This document shows, one piece after another, positions 39,480 to 48,937 of a stretch of DNA of 64,000 nt. The stretch is from Candidatus Eremiobacteria bacterium (GTDB lineage: Bacteria > Vulcanimicrobiota > Vulcanimicrobiia > Vulcanimicrobiales > Vulcanimicrobiaceae). Numbering within the stretch: position 1 is the first letter of the stretch; every line of letters starts with the position of its first letter. The notes under the pieces were generated by a model, which worked only from the letters and a program-made list of their open reading frames with translations, ran no database searches and was not told the DNA's origin. The stretch is taken from NCBI GenBank assembly GCA_963758295.1, contig CAVWUU010000001.1, positions 768,001 through 832,000 on the forward strand, given 5' to 3'. The position numbers were made by a program, and so were the translations under genes.

Positions 39480-41177
39480 TCACTGCAGCGCTGGTTCGCG
39501 TTGAAGCCAGGCTGAAGCGATGCCGATTTGGTGTGCGAGGAAAGCCAACGCGTCAACCTCATCGCGAGGATAGGGCGTGCGGTCGGGCTTAGGCCCGCAG
39601 CATAAGAAGCCCAAAACTTCACCGCGAAGCGTCATCGGCAAAAAAAGCATGTGGAACCGTTCGTCGGAGTTGTCGTCGATCTCGAACGGTTCCAAGAAGC
39701 GTCGTAAGCGAAGCGGGATTTCATCGTTGAACGAATAGGCGGCCGGCGAAACGACAGCGCCGTTCGAGGAAACGAGCGGATATGCATCGCCGGTCCGAAT
39801 GTAACACGCTACGCCTAGCGGTTCGAGACAACGCTTGACCGTCGTGCACGCTAAGGCCATAACCGCCTGCGCATCGGTTGCAGCATCCACCTCGCGGGCA
39901 AGGCGTTGGATTTCAGCAAGGCCCATCAGCCGCTTGCGAAAGAAGATCTGCGAGAGCCGCGCTTCGACAAACTGGTGGATCCAGCGCGCTGATAGACCGA
40001 GTGTTAACACTATTGCGAGCGTAATGCCGTCGAGCAGCCACTTCGGAGCGTGACCCGCGTTGATCGAGTGCTCGAATATTCTAACGGCCGACCATTCCGT
40101 GGCAACGAATATGCACACGATAATGAGCGAAACGGCGGCAAAAATCGTCGCTCGCGTGATGAGAATGTTCAAGTCGACAAGCCGGTGTCGCAAGACCGGA
40201 TAAGCGACGCCGAAGGCCCACAAGAACATTTGTGCCAGAAAAATGATATCGCCATAGTGCGAGTTCACGCTCACATTCGCGCGCGACGCGGCGACAATGT
40301 TTTGGGCAATCAAAATTGCGCTCGCTGCCAGCCAGCATCCACATACCCAGCGCGTCGCCGTACGAAATTCGAGCGGGGCGCTGGCGATTGCATCGATCAA
40401 GCCGACAGCCAGGATGGCAGAGAGCGCTATTGCAGAGTAAGCAAACGCGCCGCCTAAGGTATTCCAGAGAGGCGGCGACGCCCACGCTCCGTAGTCGACG
40501 CAAGCGTTGACGATCAGCCCTGCGCCCAGCAGCCAAGGCGCGGCATACCCGATCATGGTGCGAATGCGGGTCTTCGTGGGCGGATAGATGGCCAGAAGCA
40601 TCATTGCCGTGCACGGCAGTACGTCAATCAACGCGAATCGTGCAAAATATCCCGCTGAGGCGAGCCACACATTAGGCGCGACGAGCGCACCGCTCAGCGC
40701 GTTCGCGTACCATCCGGCGACGATGAGGACCACGGCCGCGCGCGCGCCGGCTTGCGGATAGCGCGCGCGAAGCATGACGATGATGCCGATTGTAAAAACG
40801 CCGATCGCGGTAAGCGCTGAAACGATCTTCGTAAATGCTTCCTGTTGCGCGAGCGGATCGGGAAATGGCTCAAACGTCATCTGCAGTGGAAACGTTTTTC
40901 CATGACGGAGCACGTCTAAGGTGACCGTCGTTCCGACCGGGCCGGCGATGTTCTCGAGATTCTGCAAGCCGGTCAGCCCGGTGAAATGGTCGCCTGCTCG
41001 CAAGCCGGCTCGCTGCGCCGGGCTGCCCGGGTTCACGACCGTGATTCGCGGCAGACCGCTCTTGTCGCCCGCGAAGAAATAGCCGCCGTAGCCCCACTGG
41101 ACGGGCGAAAAGAGGATCAACGCTGCAAGCGGGATCCCGAGCCCCGCTGCAGCCAGTACCACGCCGCGAAGCTTCAT
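39480..41177 (-). CDS. PDZ-domain multi-TM membrane protein with C-terminal GAF-like domain
   Basis: PGSPAQRAGLRAGD PDZ, many TM helices, YPVLRHRLVDL, C-terminal LPMTLRGEVLGFL...YPRDEVDAL. Confidence 0.8.
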   Translation of the reverse strand: MKLRGVVLAAAGLGIPLAALILFSPVQWGYGGYFFAGDKSGLPRITVVNPGSPAQRAGLRAGDHFTGLTGLQNLENIAGPVGTTVTLDVLRHGKTFPLQMTFEPFPDPLAQQEAFTKIVSALTAIGVFTIGIIVMLRARYPQAGARAAVVLIVAGWYANALSGALVAPNVWLASAGYFARFALIDVLPCTAMMLLAIYPPTKTRIRTMIGYAAPWLLGAGLIVNACVDYGAWASPPLWNTLGGAFAYSAIALSAILAVGLIDAIASAPLEFRTATRWVCGCWLAASAILIAQNIVAASRANVSVNSHYGDIIFLAQMFLWAFGVAYPVLRHRLVDLNILITRATIFAAVSLIIVCIFVATEWSAVRIFEHSINAGHAPKWLLDGITLAIVLTLGLSARWIHQFVEARLSQIFFRKRLMGLAEIQRLAREVDAATDAQAVMALACTTVKRCLEPLGVACYIRTGDAYPLVSSNGAVVSPAAYSFNDEIPLRLRRFLEPFEIDDNSDERFHMLFLPMTLRGEVLGFLCCGPKPDRTPYPRDEVDALAFLAHQIGIASAWLQREPALQ

Positions 41178-41252
41178 AAGCGAGCGTTCCGCGCGTCCGG
41201 CGCCGCCTCCCTCGTCGCAACGATGTTCTGCTCCGTTGCGGTTTTGCGTGGT

Positions 41253-42131
41253 ATGTCTACTCGGAAAGTTTCACTCGTATTGCCCGCTCAAGATTTTCAA
41301 GAGGGCGGCGGCTTTCTCGTGCACCGGCCGTTTCCGGTGCAAGGCGTGATGCAGATCGATCCGTTTCTTTTAATCGACGAGCTTGGTCCGGTGCAATATG
41401 CGCCCGGCGAAGCGATCGGCGCGCCGGATCATCCGCATCGGGGCTTTGAAACGGTCACGTACATGATCGACGGCGAATTTCAGCATGCTGATTCTTCGGG
41501 ACGCCGCGGCGAACTTTTTCCGGGCGACGTGCAATGGATGACGGCCGGCGGCGGCGTCGTTCACGCGGAGATGCCGTCGGATCGAATGATAAGCGAAGGC
41601 GGACGCCAGCACGGCTTTCAGATCTGGGTGAATCTTCCCAAAGCCGACAAGATGATGCGACCGCGTTATCAAGACGTGCGAAGTTCGACAATTCCCACCT
41701 GGACGAGCCCGGACGGTCTTGCATGGGCGAAAGTAATTGCCGGCGAGGCCCAAGGCGTAAAAGGCGCTGCCGAAACGCGCATCCCGATCGGCATGACGCA
41801 TTATCGGTTGCAGCCGGGCGGCAAGATCGTGCATCGCGTCCACGACGGACATGCGTCGATCGTTTATCTCATGACTGGTTCTGCGCGCGCGGCGGGCGAA
41901 CGCGTATATCAAGCACGCGCCGCAATCGTCTTCGATCGTCACGGCGATGAAATTCCCGTTGAGAACGCGGGCAGCGATGTGCTGGAATTTTTGCTGCTCA
42001 CCGGCGAGCCGATCGATGAACCGATGGTGCGCTACGGCCCATTCGTGATGAACGAAGTGGAAGAGCTGGAGCAGGCGTTTCGCGACTTTTCCGATGGCCG
42101 CATGGGCGAAATCGAACCGTTGTATACGTAG
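41253..42131 (+). CDS. Pirin family protein
   Basis: DPFLLID, HPHRGFETVTY, QWMTAGGGVVHAE, QIWVNLP, GPFVMN. Confidence 0.95.
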   Translation: MSTRKVSLVLPAQDFQEGGGFLVHRPFPVQGVMQIDPFLLIDELGPVQYAPGEAIGAPDHPHRGFETVTYMIDGEFQHADSSGRRGELFPGDVQWMTAGGGVVHAEMPSDRMISEGGRQHGFQIWVNLPKADKMMRPRYQDVRSSTIPTWTSPDGLAWAKVIAGEAQGVKGAAETRIPIGMTHYRLQPGGKIVHRVHDGHASIVYLMTGSARAAGERVYQARAAIVFDRHGDEIPVENAGSDVLEFLLLTGEPIDEPMVRYGPFVMNEVEELEQAFRDFSDGRMGEIEPLYT

Positions 42132-42228
42132 AACGTCACGCCGGCCGCAATCTCAATAAAGATAAAGAGCCCACGCAGTCACAGCCCCGCCTGCCCTAAT
42201 GGTTTATCTTTCGATTGGAGATTGAAAG

Positions 42229-42759
42229 ATGAGATATCAGCGGGTATTCGCGTGTATGGCATTCATCGCTTCAGTAGTAGTAAGTGCGCCGGCCAGCGCG
42301 CAAACTCAATCTTCGCCATGCAGTGGTTCAGAACGCCGGCAGTTCGATTTTTGGCTTGGCTCTTGGAGAGTGGCCGATGCATCGGGTAAGGCGCAAGGCA
42401 CGAACGAAGTGACTTCGGAGTACGGCGGCTGCGCGCTGCAGGAACACTGGAAGGGCGTCGGCGGAAGCGAAGGTTCGAGCTTCAATACGTACCTGCCCGA
42501 CCGCAAGCAATGGCATCAAACGTGGGTCGATAACGGCGGTACGACGTTGCTGCTTTTCGGCGGGATGACCGGAGAGAGTATGGTCCTCTCCGGCACGCGC
42601 ACAAATCCGCGCACGCATGCACCCGTGGTAGACCGCATTACTTGGACGCCTCTAAAAGACGGTCGAGTGCGCCAGCATTGGCAGCAATCATCCGATTCAG
42701 GAAAGCACTGGACCGACATCTTCGACGGCTTTTACAGCAAGACACCCCCGTCATCCTGA
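42229..42759 (+). CDS. Exported hypothetical protein
   Basis: Signal peptide, QFDFWLGSW, WHQTWVDN, VRQHWQQS..G..W..IFDG; stop codon lies inside the first repeat. Confidence 0.8.
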   Translation: MRYQRVFACMAFIASVVVSAPASAQTQSSPCSGSERRQFDFWLGSWRVADASGKAQGTNEVTSEYGGCALQEHWKGVGGSEGSSFNTYLPDRKQWHQTWVDNGGTTLLLFGGMTGESMVLSGTRTNPRTHAPVVDRITWTPLKDGRVRQHWQQSSDSGKHWTDIFDGFYSKTPPSS

Positions 42760-43905
42760 CCTTGCCGAAGGACGGGCGCATATCGGCAATGCTGGTTTGC
42801 GCCTGTGGTTCGACAGGCTCACCATGACGAGCTGCAATGCTCGTATGCGCCTGTGGTTCGACAAGCTCACCATGACGAGGTGTTTTGTTGCTCCGCACGA
42901 TCTGGCCGCGCCCCTCTCGTCACCATGACGGTTTTATTGTTTGCTGCGCACCATCAGGCCGCATCCCTCCCGTCATCCTGAGCTTGTCGAAGGACGGGCG
43001 CATATCAGCACTGTGCGCCGGTGGTTCGACAAGCTCACCATGACCAGGTGCAATGCTCGTATGCGCCGGTGGTTCGACAAGCTCACCATGACCAGGTGCA
43101 ATGCTCGTATGCGCCTGTGGTTCGACAAGCTCACCATGACGAGGTGTATTGTCGCTCCGCACGATCTGGCCGCGCCCCTCTCGTCACCATGACGGTTTTA
43201 TTGTTTGCTCCGCACGATTAGGCCGCATCCCTCCCGTCATCCTGAGCCTGTCGAAGGACGGGCGCATATCAGCACTGTGCGCCGGTGGTTCGGCAAGCTC
43301 ACCATGACCAGGCGCAATGCTCGTATGCGCCCGTGGTTCGACAAGCTCACCATGACGAGGTGTATTGTCGCTCCGCACGATCTGGCCGCGCCCCTCTCGT
43401 CACCATGACGGTTTTATTGTTTGCTCCGCACCATCAGGCCGCATCCCTCCCGTCATCCTGAGCTTGTCGAAGGACGGGCGCATATCAGCACTGTGCGCCG
43501 GTGGTTCGACAAGCTCACCATGACGAGGCGCAATGCTCGTATGCGCCTGTGGTTCGACAAGCTCACCATGACGGGGTGCAATGCTCGTAATGCGCCGGTG
43601 GTTCGGCAAGCGATGACGAGGTGCAATGATCGTATGCGCCGGTGGTTCGACAAGCTGACATGACGAGGTGCAATGCTCGTATGCGCCGGTGGTTCGACAG
43701 GCTCACCATGACGAGGTGCAATGATCGTATGCGCCGGTGGTTCGACAAGCTGACCATGACGAGGTGCAATGCTCATATGCGCCTGTGGTTCGACAGGCTC
43801 ACCATGACGAGGTGGAATGCTCGTATGCGCCTGTGGTTCGACAGGCTCACCATGACGACGTGCAATGCTCGTATGCGCCCGTGGTTCGACAAGCTCAGCA
43901 TGACG
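42749..43905. repeat. Hierarchical REPIN/BIME-like repeat array
   Basis: Four units start at 42749, 42971, 43235, 43451 with cgtcatcctgagcttgtcgaagga, followed by 2, 3, 2 and 9 copies of gtggttcgacaagctcaccatgac at ~48-bp period. Confidence 0.95.
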
Positions 43906-43941
43906 ACGTAGCGTCCCCGTCACCTGATTGTGGAGCGGGCT

Positions 43942-44508
43942 TTATTCGCCTTCGGCCGGATCCCAGTCGAAAATTTTCGCGAGCATCTCGGCGCGGTTTC
44001 GCGAGAAAGTTTTACGTAACAGCCGTTTGACGTAATCTGCTACCGTCGCTTCGGCGATGCTCATTTCATCGGCGATTTCGTTGCTCGATCGTCCACGAAG
44101 AATCAGTGACAGGACGCTCGATTCGCGCGCTGTCAGTTTGAAGCGCTTGATCGCGCCTGGGAGCGCTTCACGACGTTGGACGTGTTCGATCTGTAACGCG
44201 ACGATTGTATCCTGCGCACGGCTGGATAGTTTTGCGACGCGAAAGCGCAGCGACGGAACGGGCTCGATGATTGTATCGTCATCTAAGGATAACCCGCGAA
44301 CGGCATCCTGGAGTGCGAGTTCGATCGGTAGCGGGAGCCGGTCCATGTACTCTATGGGAACCTTCAGCATGCGCGAGAGCAGCTCGATGGCGCCTCTTTG
44401 CGCATAGGCAATACCGTACTGCTCATCAAGCAGCACGATATATGCTTTCGCTTTCCGCATCGAAACAGCATCGTGCCGTTGGGTCTGCAGTGTCGCGTCG
44501 GCGGACAT
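43942..44508 (-). CDS. LuxR-type HTH transcriptional regulator
   Basis: C-terminal LTARESSVL...GRSSNEIADEMSIAEATV; no receiver domain evident. Confidence 0.85.
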   Translation of the reverse strand: MSADATLQTQRHDAVSMRKAKAYIVLLDEQYGIAYAQRGAIELLSRMLKVPIEYMDRLPLPIELALQDAVRGLSLDDDTIIEPVPSLRFRVAKLSSRAQDTIVALQIEHVQRREALPGAIKRFKLTARESSVLSLILRGRSSNEIADEMSIAEATVADYVKRLLRKTFSRNRAEMLAKIFDWDPAEGE

Positions 44509-44839
44509 TAGGAAAACTCCCCCGGAGAGTAAATTGCGGCGGCTCGTAAATGCAATTAACGCGGAGACGGCTCGTCTCCTGCGACTTTTCTCTTATGAAC
44601 CCTTAGGATTAGTAAAAATACCCGGGTACTCGGCCTCAATTGTTTCCAGGGGAGTCGCTGCTCGCAATTGCCCTCAATGGCAGAGTAGTCCACGCCTTAA
44701 CGCGTGCGATATAACCGTGAAGTCACGAGAACCGGCGACGAAACCGTGCGAGGAATCGGCGCCGACTCTCTTCGCAACAATAACTTGAGTTAATTTATTG
44801 CCGCCATAATGCTGTTACTGGCGGTTCTGGAGGTTTATC

Positions 44840-45334
44840 TTGTTCAAGAAAATCGCAATGCTCGCCGCCGTGGCAGCCTTTCTTCTTCCGGCCACGTCGA
44901 TGGCCGCGTCCTATCCGACCGTGTACAGCTCGTACATCGGCGTGAACATCCCGGTGGCGTGCAACATCATCGTGCCGCAACAGTCGTTCGGCGCGATCTC
45001 GTACGGCCTCGGTACCGACATCGATGCGGATCAAACCGTTGCCGGCGGTGCCTGCAACATGAACTGGACCGCCTCGTGGTCGGATTCGAACGCGTCGTTC
45101 ACCCCGGGCGCCGGCAAGTCGTTCAACGGCCTGCTGAAGGGCACGGACATCCATGGCACCACGCAGCAACTCGGTTACACGTTGACGTTGTGCGAAGGCC
45201 TGGACGGCGCCACGAACAACGCGAACTCGATTGCGGGCGGAACGATCCACATCCACATCCCATTCTCCCAGCAGTTCTCGGCAGTCGGTGGCGTCAACTA
45301 CTCCGACACGCTGTTCCTGACGGTCAACTACTAA
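44840..45334 (+). CDS. Putative major pilin of a Csu/spore-coat-U type chaperone-usher pilus
   Basis: GGAGG RBS, signal peptide, N-terminal Cys pair, FG motif, C-terminal YSDTLFLTVNY. Confidence 0.75.
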   Translation: MFKKIAMLAAVAAFLLPATSMAASYPTVYSSYIGVNIPVACNIIVPQQSFGAISYGLGTDIDADQTVAGGACNMNWTASWSDSNASFTPGAGKSFNGLLKGTDIHGTTQQLGYTLTLCEGLDGATNNANSIAGGTIHIHIPFSQQFSAVGGVNYSDTLFLTVNY

Positions 45335-45343
45335 TCGATCCTC

Positions 45344-45373
45344 GAGCGGCCGAAGCATCAGCTTCGGCCGCTC
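45344..45373 (+). terminator. Stem-loop after pilin (partial terminator or mRNA stabiliser)
   Basis: gagcggccgaagc-atca-gcttcggccgctc perfect 13-bp stem. Confidence 0.7.
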
Positions 45374-45395
45374 CGTCCTTTTTCGGGAATCCTAC

Positions 45396-46112
45396 ATGAT
45401 TCAGCGCCTCATCAGATCTCTATCCGCAATCTTCTGCGCCGGCGCGCTTTTCAGCTCGATACCGGCGCACGCTGCCGGCGGCGGCTTGAACATCAGCGCT
45501 ACCAGTCTTGTTCTCGCTCCTTCGCATATGGCGGGCACGATTCGCATTACGAGCGAGCGCAATTATCCCGACGTCGTGCAAGTAAAGGTTTATAAGTGGG
45601 ACGGCGGCGGCCCGACCGAAAATCTGCAGCCTTCCGACGACATCCTGGGCGTTCCCGCGGTATTCACGCTCGCGCCAAACGGGTCGCAAATCGTTCGTGT
45701 AGCTTTGCGCGGTCCCAATGCGTCGACGGACGAGCAGGCGTACCGCGTTCAAGTTTCCGAAGTGCAATCGCAGTACATGCCTAGTGCGAACATCGGCATG
45801 CTCCTGAAGCTGAATTTTCCGGTCTATGTCGCGCCAACCGGACAACTTGTGCGCCAGGCGACTTGGTCGCAGCAGCGTCAAGGTTCCAATCTGCTGCTCA
45901 CAGTGAAGAACACGGGCAACATGCACTTACGGCTGCGCGGCTTCACGCTTGTCGACACGAACGGAACGCTCGTAGGACAAAACAAGTACGATACGACGGT
46001 GCTGCCTGGGCAGACCCGCTCTTGGACCGTGAAGGCGTTGCATCAGTCGAGCGGTCCGCTGCACATTCACGCCGACTCCGACAACGGCTCGATCGACGAT
46101 ACGGTCAATTAG
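45396..46112 (+). CDS. Fimbrial chaperone (PapD/CsuC-like)
   Basis: VQVKVYKW, PAVFTLAPNGSQIVRV, EQAYRV, FPVYV, NTGNMHLR. Confidence 0.88.
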   Translation: MIQRLIRSLSAIFCAGALFSSIPAHAAGGGLNISATSLVLAPSHMAGTIRITSERNYPDVVQVKVYKWDGGGPTENLQPSDDILGVPAVFTLAPNGSQIVRVALRGPNASTDEQAYRVQVSEVQSQYMPSANIGMLLKLNFPVYVAPTGQLVRQATWSQQRQGSNLLLTVKNTGNMHLRLRGFTLVDTNGTLVGQNKYDTTVLPGQTRSWTVKALHQSSGPLHIHADSDNGSIDDTVN

Positions 46113-46113
46113 C

Positions 46114-48453
46114 ATGACGCGGCTGAGCCGGTTTCTGGGATTCGCGGTCTGCGCTGCGCTCTTCGCGCAGACGTCAGTCCGTGCCGATCAGATGCCGGTC
46201 CCGGGAGGCGGGGACTCCGTAGGTGGGGCGCCGACGGTAGCCACCCTTACGCATTCTCAGTTTAGTGAGACCGTTTACGCCATCACCATCAATGGCCAAT
46301 CCGTAAGCGACGGCGCGGCATTGCTGGAAGATAACGCGGGCGATTTCTATGCAGCCGACGACGATACAAAAGCGTGGCGTCTAACACCGGCAAAAGATGC
46401 GCCCGTCCAACACAACGGCCGCGCCTACCACGCGCTCAAGACCTACGCAACGAAAATCGAGGTTCGTCCTGCGGATCAATCGTTAAATCTAACGGTTCCC
46501 GCATCGGTCTTTCAAGCAACCAATGTTGCTGCGGATACTGCACACGTATTGGATGCGCACGGCGGCCGATCGGCTTCGCTGGACTACGAGGTGGGAGTCC
46601 ATCAGTCCGCGGGGCAGACATTCTACGAGTCGATGCTCCAAGGGTACGGCTATCTTGCCGGCGGCGAACTCGGCACGCAGGTCGAGATATACGGCGGCGG
46701 CGGCCAACGCGCCATCGTGCAGCCGATCAACACCGCGTGGATCCGCGACGTGCCGTCGCGTCGCGCGCAACTTGCATTAGGAAATTCGACGACGCAGGGC
46801 GGGCTGATGGGCGATTCGTTGCGCGTGCTCGGCATCACCGTCGGAACAAACTTCTCCATGGTGCCGAACCTCATAGTGCGGCCGGTGCCGCAGCTAAACG
46901 GCGTCGCTCAAAGTGCCGGAACCGTGAACGTCTACGCGAACGGCGGCCTGCTCTCGACATCCACCGTTCCCCAAGGACCATTTTCCGTCGGTGCGCCGAA
47001 TTTACAGGATGGTACCGTGAATTACGACGTGATCGTGAAGGATCCGTCGGGGCGCGCATATGCGGTTTCGCAATCCTATTATGCAGACAGTGAACTACTT
47101 GCGCCGGGCTTGCATCAGTTCTCCTACTCGGCCGGCGCTGAAGCGCTCCAAACCGGCTTGAATCAATACGGGCCGCTCCTTGCGGAAGCGCATGAGAAGA
47201 TCGGCGTTACCAACGAACTCAGTGCAGACTTCACGGCGGAATACGGACCACTGCATAAAGTCTTGGCCGGCGCGGGCGTCTTGGGTGTCCCGCACGTAGG
47301 CAGCTTCACCGCCGGTTTTGGCTGGTTGGGGGCCGCACAAGGCTCGTCGAGCCGCATCATCTCAAACCTCGGGTACGATTTTACCGCGGCGCGCGCCGGC
47401 GTTTCGCTCTACGTCCGCCAACTTCCAAACCCGTATTCAAGCCTCGGCATAACGAGCAACGTGTTGAATACCGCCGGCGCAGCTTTGTGGACGCACCTCA
47501 ATCATCGCCAAGACATGCAGTTCAGCTACTCATCGAGCGAAGGGGCGCAGCTAAACACGCACACGATCATGCTTAGCACGACGCGTGAATTTCAAGGCGG
47601 GCAGCTGGGCTTTTACGCAGCACGTACCACCGGCCAGTATTCGTCGAGCTCGTATGGGATTTCGTTAAGCCGGTCGGTCGGGCGCAACTCCGCCGTTACG
47701 ACGAGCGCGAACGCCCAAGACGGCCGCATTCTTCCGTCGACCGCGTTTACGGGCATGTACGGCCGGGACGATAACGTGCGCGTTAATGCAACGGTCGGCG
47801 GCATCCCGGGCCGGACGGCGGACTTATATCTGGACGGCACCGGCAATGCCACCGAGGAAACCCTCGATGTTTCCAGCGGACGCGGCGGCCTGGGGTATGT
47901 GGATGCCGGCATCCATGGCGGCTTTGAATTCGTCGGTGGAAAAGTTTTCGCTTCACGCATGACCGAGAGCCCGTACGCGCTGGTGGACGTGGGATACGCG
48001 AATATTCCGGTGTACCGAAATAATGTGCTAATCGGTAGAACGAATGGGCGCGGACAGCTCTTCGTGCCGATGCTCTCGCCTTATATCCAGAACACGATAT
48101 CCATCGATCCGAGCACGTTGCCGGTCGGCACGACGATAGAGACGGATAAGGTCGTGGTTCCGATTCCCCGAACCGGAACCATCGTGCGATTCAAACGCGA
48201 ATCGACCGGCGCGGTCATGTTTACGCTGATCGACTCAAACGGAGCTCCGCTCGCTCCCGGCACGCCGCTCGAAGGACAAGCGGTTCCTAGCGGCTTGTTT
48301 GTAGCGAACGACGGACTCGTGTACTTCGAAAATCCGCCAAGCGGCACCCTCGCGATTCACGCGAAGTCAAAGAACGGCGGCTGTACCGCGCATGTTGCCA
48401 TCCCCAAAAACGTTGAAAGCGTTCCGAACGTAGGGAAGGTGCGCTGTGATTAG
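46114..48453 (+). CDS. Outer-membrane usher (PapC/CsuD-like)
   Basis: ITING N-terminus, VNVYANG, GPFSV, LLAPGLHQFSYSAG, YALVD, GRTNGRG, C-terminal Cys pair. Confidence 0.88.
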   Translation: MTRLSRFLGFAVCAALFAQTSVRADQMPVPGGGDSVGGAPTVATLTHSQFSETVYAITINGQSVSDGAALLEDNAGDFYAADDDTKAWRLTPAKDAPVQHNGRAYHALKTYATKIEVRPADQSLNLTVPASVFQATNVAADTAHVLDAHGGRSASLDYEVGVHQSAGQTFYESMLQGYGYLAGGELGTQVEIYGGGGQRAIVQPINTAWIRDVPSRRAQLALGNSTTQGGLMGDSLRVLGITVGTNFSMVPNLIVRPVPQLNGVAQSAGTVNVYANGGLLSTSTVPQGPFSVGAPNLQDGTVNYDVIVKDPSGRAYAVSQSYYADSELLAPGLHQFSYSAGAEALQTGLNQYGPLLAEAHEKIGVTNELSADFTAEYGPLHKVLAGAGVLGVPHVGSFTAGFGWLGAAQGSSSRIISNLGYDFTAARAGVSLYVRQLPNPYSSLGITSNVLNTAGAALWTHLNHRQDMQFSYSSSEGAQLNTHTIMLSTTREFQGGQLGFYAARTTGQYSSSSYGISLSRSVGRNSAVTTSANAQDGRILPSTAFTGMYGRDDNVRVNATVGGIPGRTADLYLDGTGNATEETLDVSSGRGGLGYVDAGIHGGFEFVGGKVFASRMTESPYALVDVGYANIPVYRNNVLIGRTNGRGQLFVPMLSPYIQNTISIDPSTLPVGTTIETDKVVVPIPRTGTIVRFKRESTGAVMFTLIDSNGAPLAPGTPLEGQAVPSGLFVANDGLVYFENPPSGTLAIHAKSKNGGCTAHVAIPKNVESVPNVGKVRCD

Positions 48454-48928
48454 AGCGCGGTACTTGCCCGTGATCGCTTTCGTCTTCTTTGCACTTGCGT
48501 TGGGAACGCGCGCCGTCGCGATGCCTCGTTCAATCGCGTTCCCGCATGCGCCGGCAGCGGCGCAAGCGAATTGTGCGGCCTCGATGTTGCCCATTGAGTT
48601 TGGAACGGTTAATTCAAGCTCGCCGATGGTGCCGCTGGTAGTCACGGTGACGTGTCCAAGCAGCGTTCCGTACGAGGTGCGGTTCCTCGATCCGGCAGGT
48701 TGTCATCCGGTGCGCAATGTTGGTGGCGTCCAGGTCGTGTTGCTGCTGCCCGGCGGTGCGCCGTGGTGCGACGGCACGAATGGCACGGAAACGCTTCATG
48801 CTACAGGAACCGGCGTTCCCCAAATATTTTACGGCACCGCGCGAGTATTGAGTGACGTTGTCCGCGTTCGCGCCGGCGCGTACCAACAGGCCCTACGATT
48901 GCAAGTCGTCCCGCAATCGCTTCCCTAG
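48446..48928 (+). CDS. Spore-coat-U domain minor pilin
   Basis: Signal peptide, C...IEFG...VTVTC, AGAYQQAL. Confidence 0.7.
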   Translation: MIRARYLPVIAFVFFALALGTRAVAMPRSIAFPHAPAAAQANCAASMLPIEFGTVNSSSPMVPLVVTVTCPSSVPYEVRFLDPAGCHPVRNVGGVQVVLLLPGGAPWCDGTNGTETLHATGTGVPQIFYGTARVLSDVVRVRAGAYQQALRLQVVPQSLP

Positions 48929-48937
48929 AGTCGAAGG

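Noticed and set aside
43501..43905. CRISPR-like periodicity (24-nt repeat plus 24-nt spacer)
   Set aside because: Spacers are near-identical to each other, inverted copies occur, the motif is dispersed at other intergenic sites, and no cas genes are in the window.
42638..44030. Short repetitive ORFs (HGELVEP..., WFDKLTMT...)
   Set aside because: Translations of the 48-bp DNA repeat, open on both strands, with frame-breaking indels and no RBS.
44510..44839. Riboswitch or invertible switch upstream of the pilin
   Set aside because: No c-di-GMP riboswitch consensus or flanking inverted repeats with a recombinase seen; only a short palindrome (tacccgggta), too weak to call.
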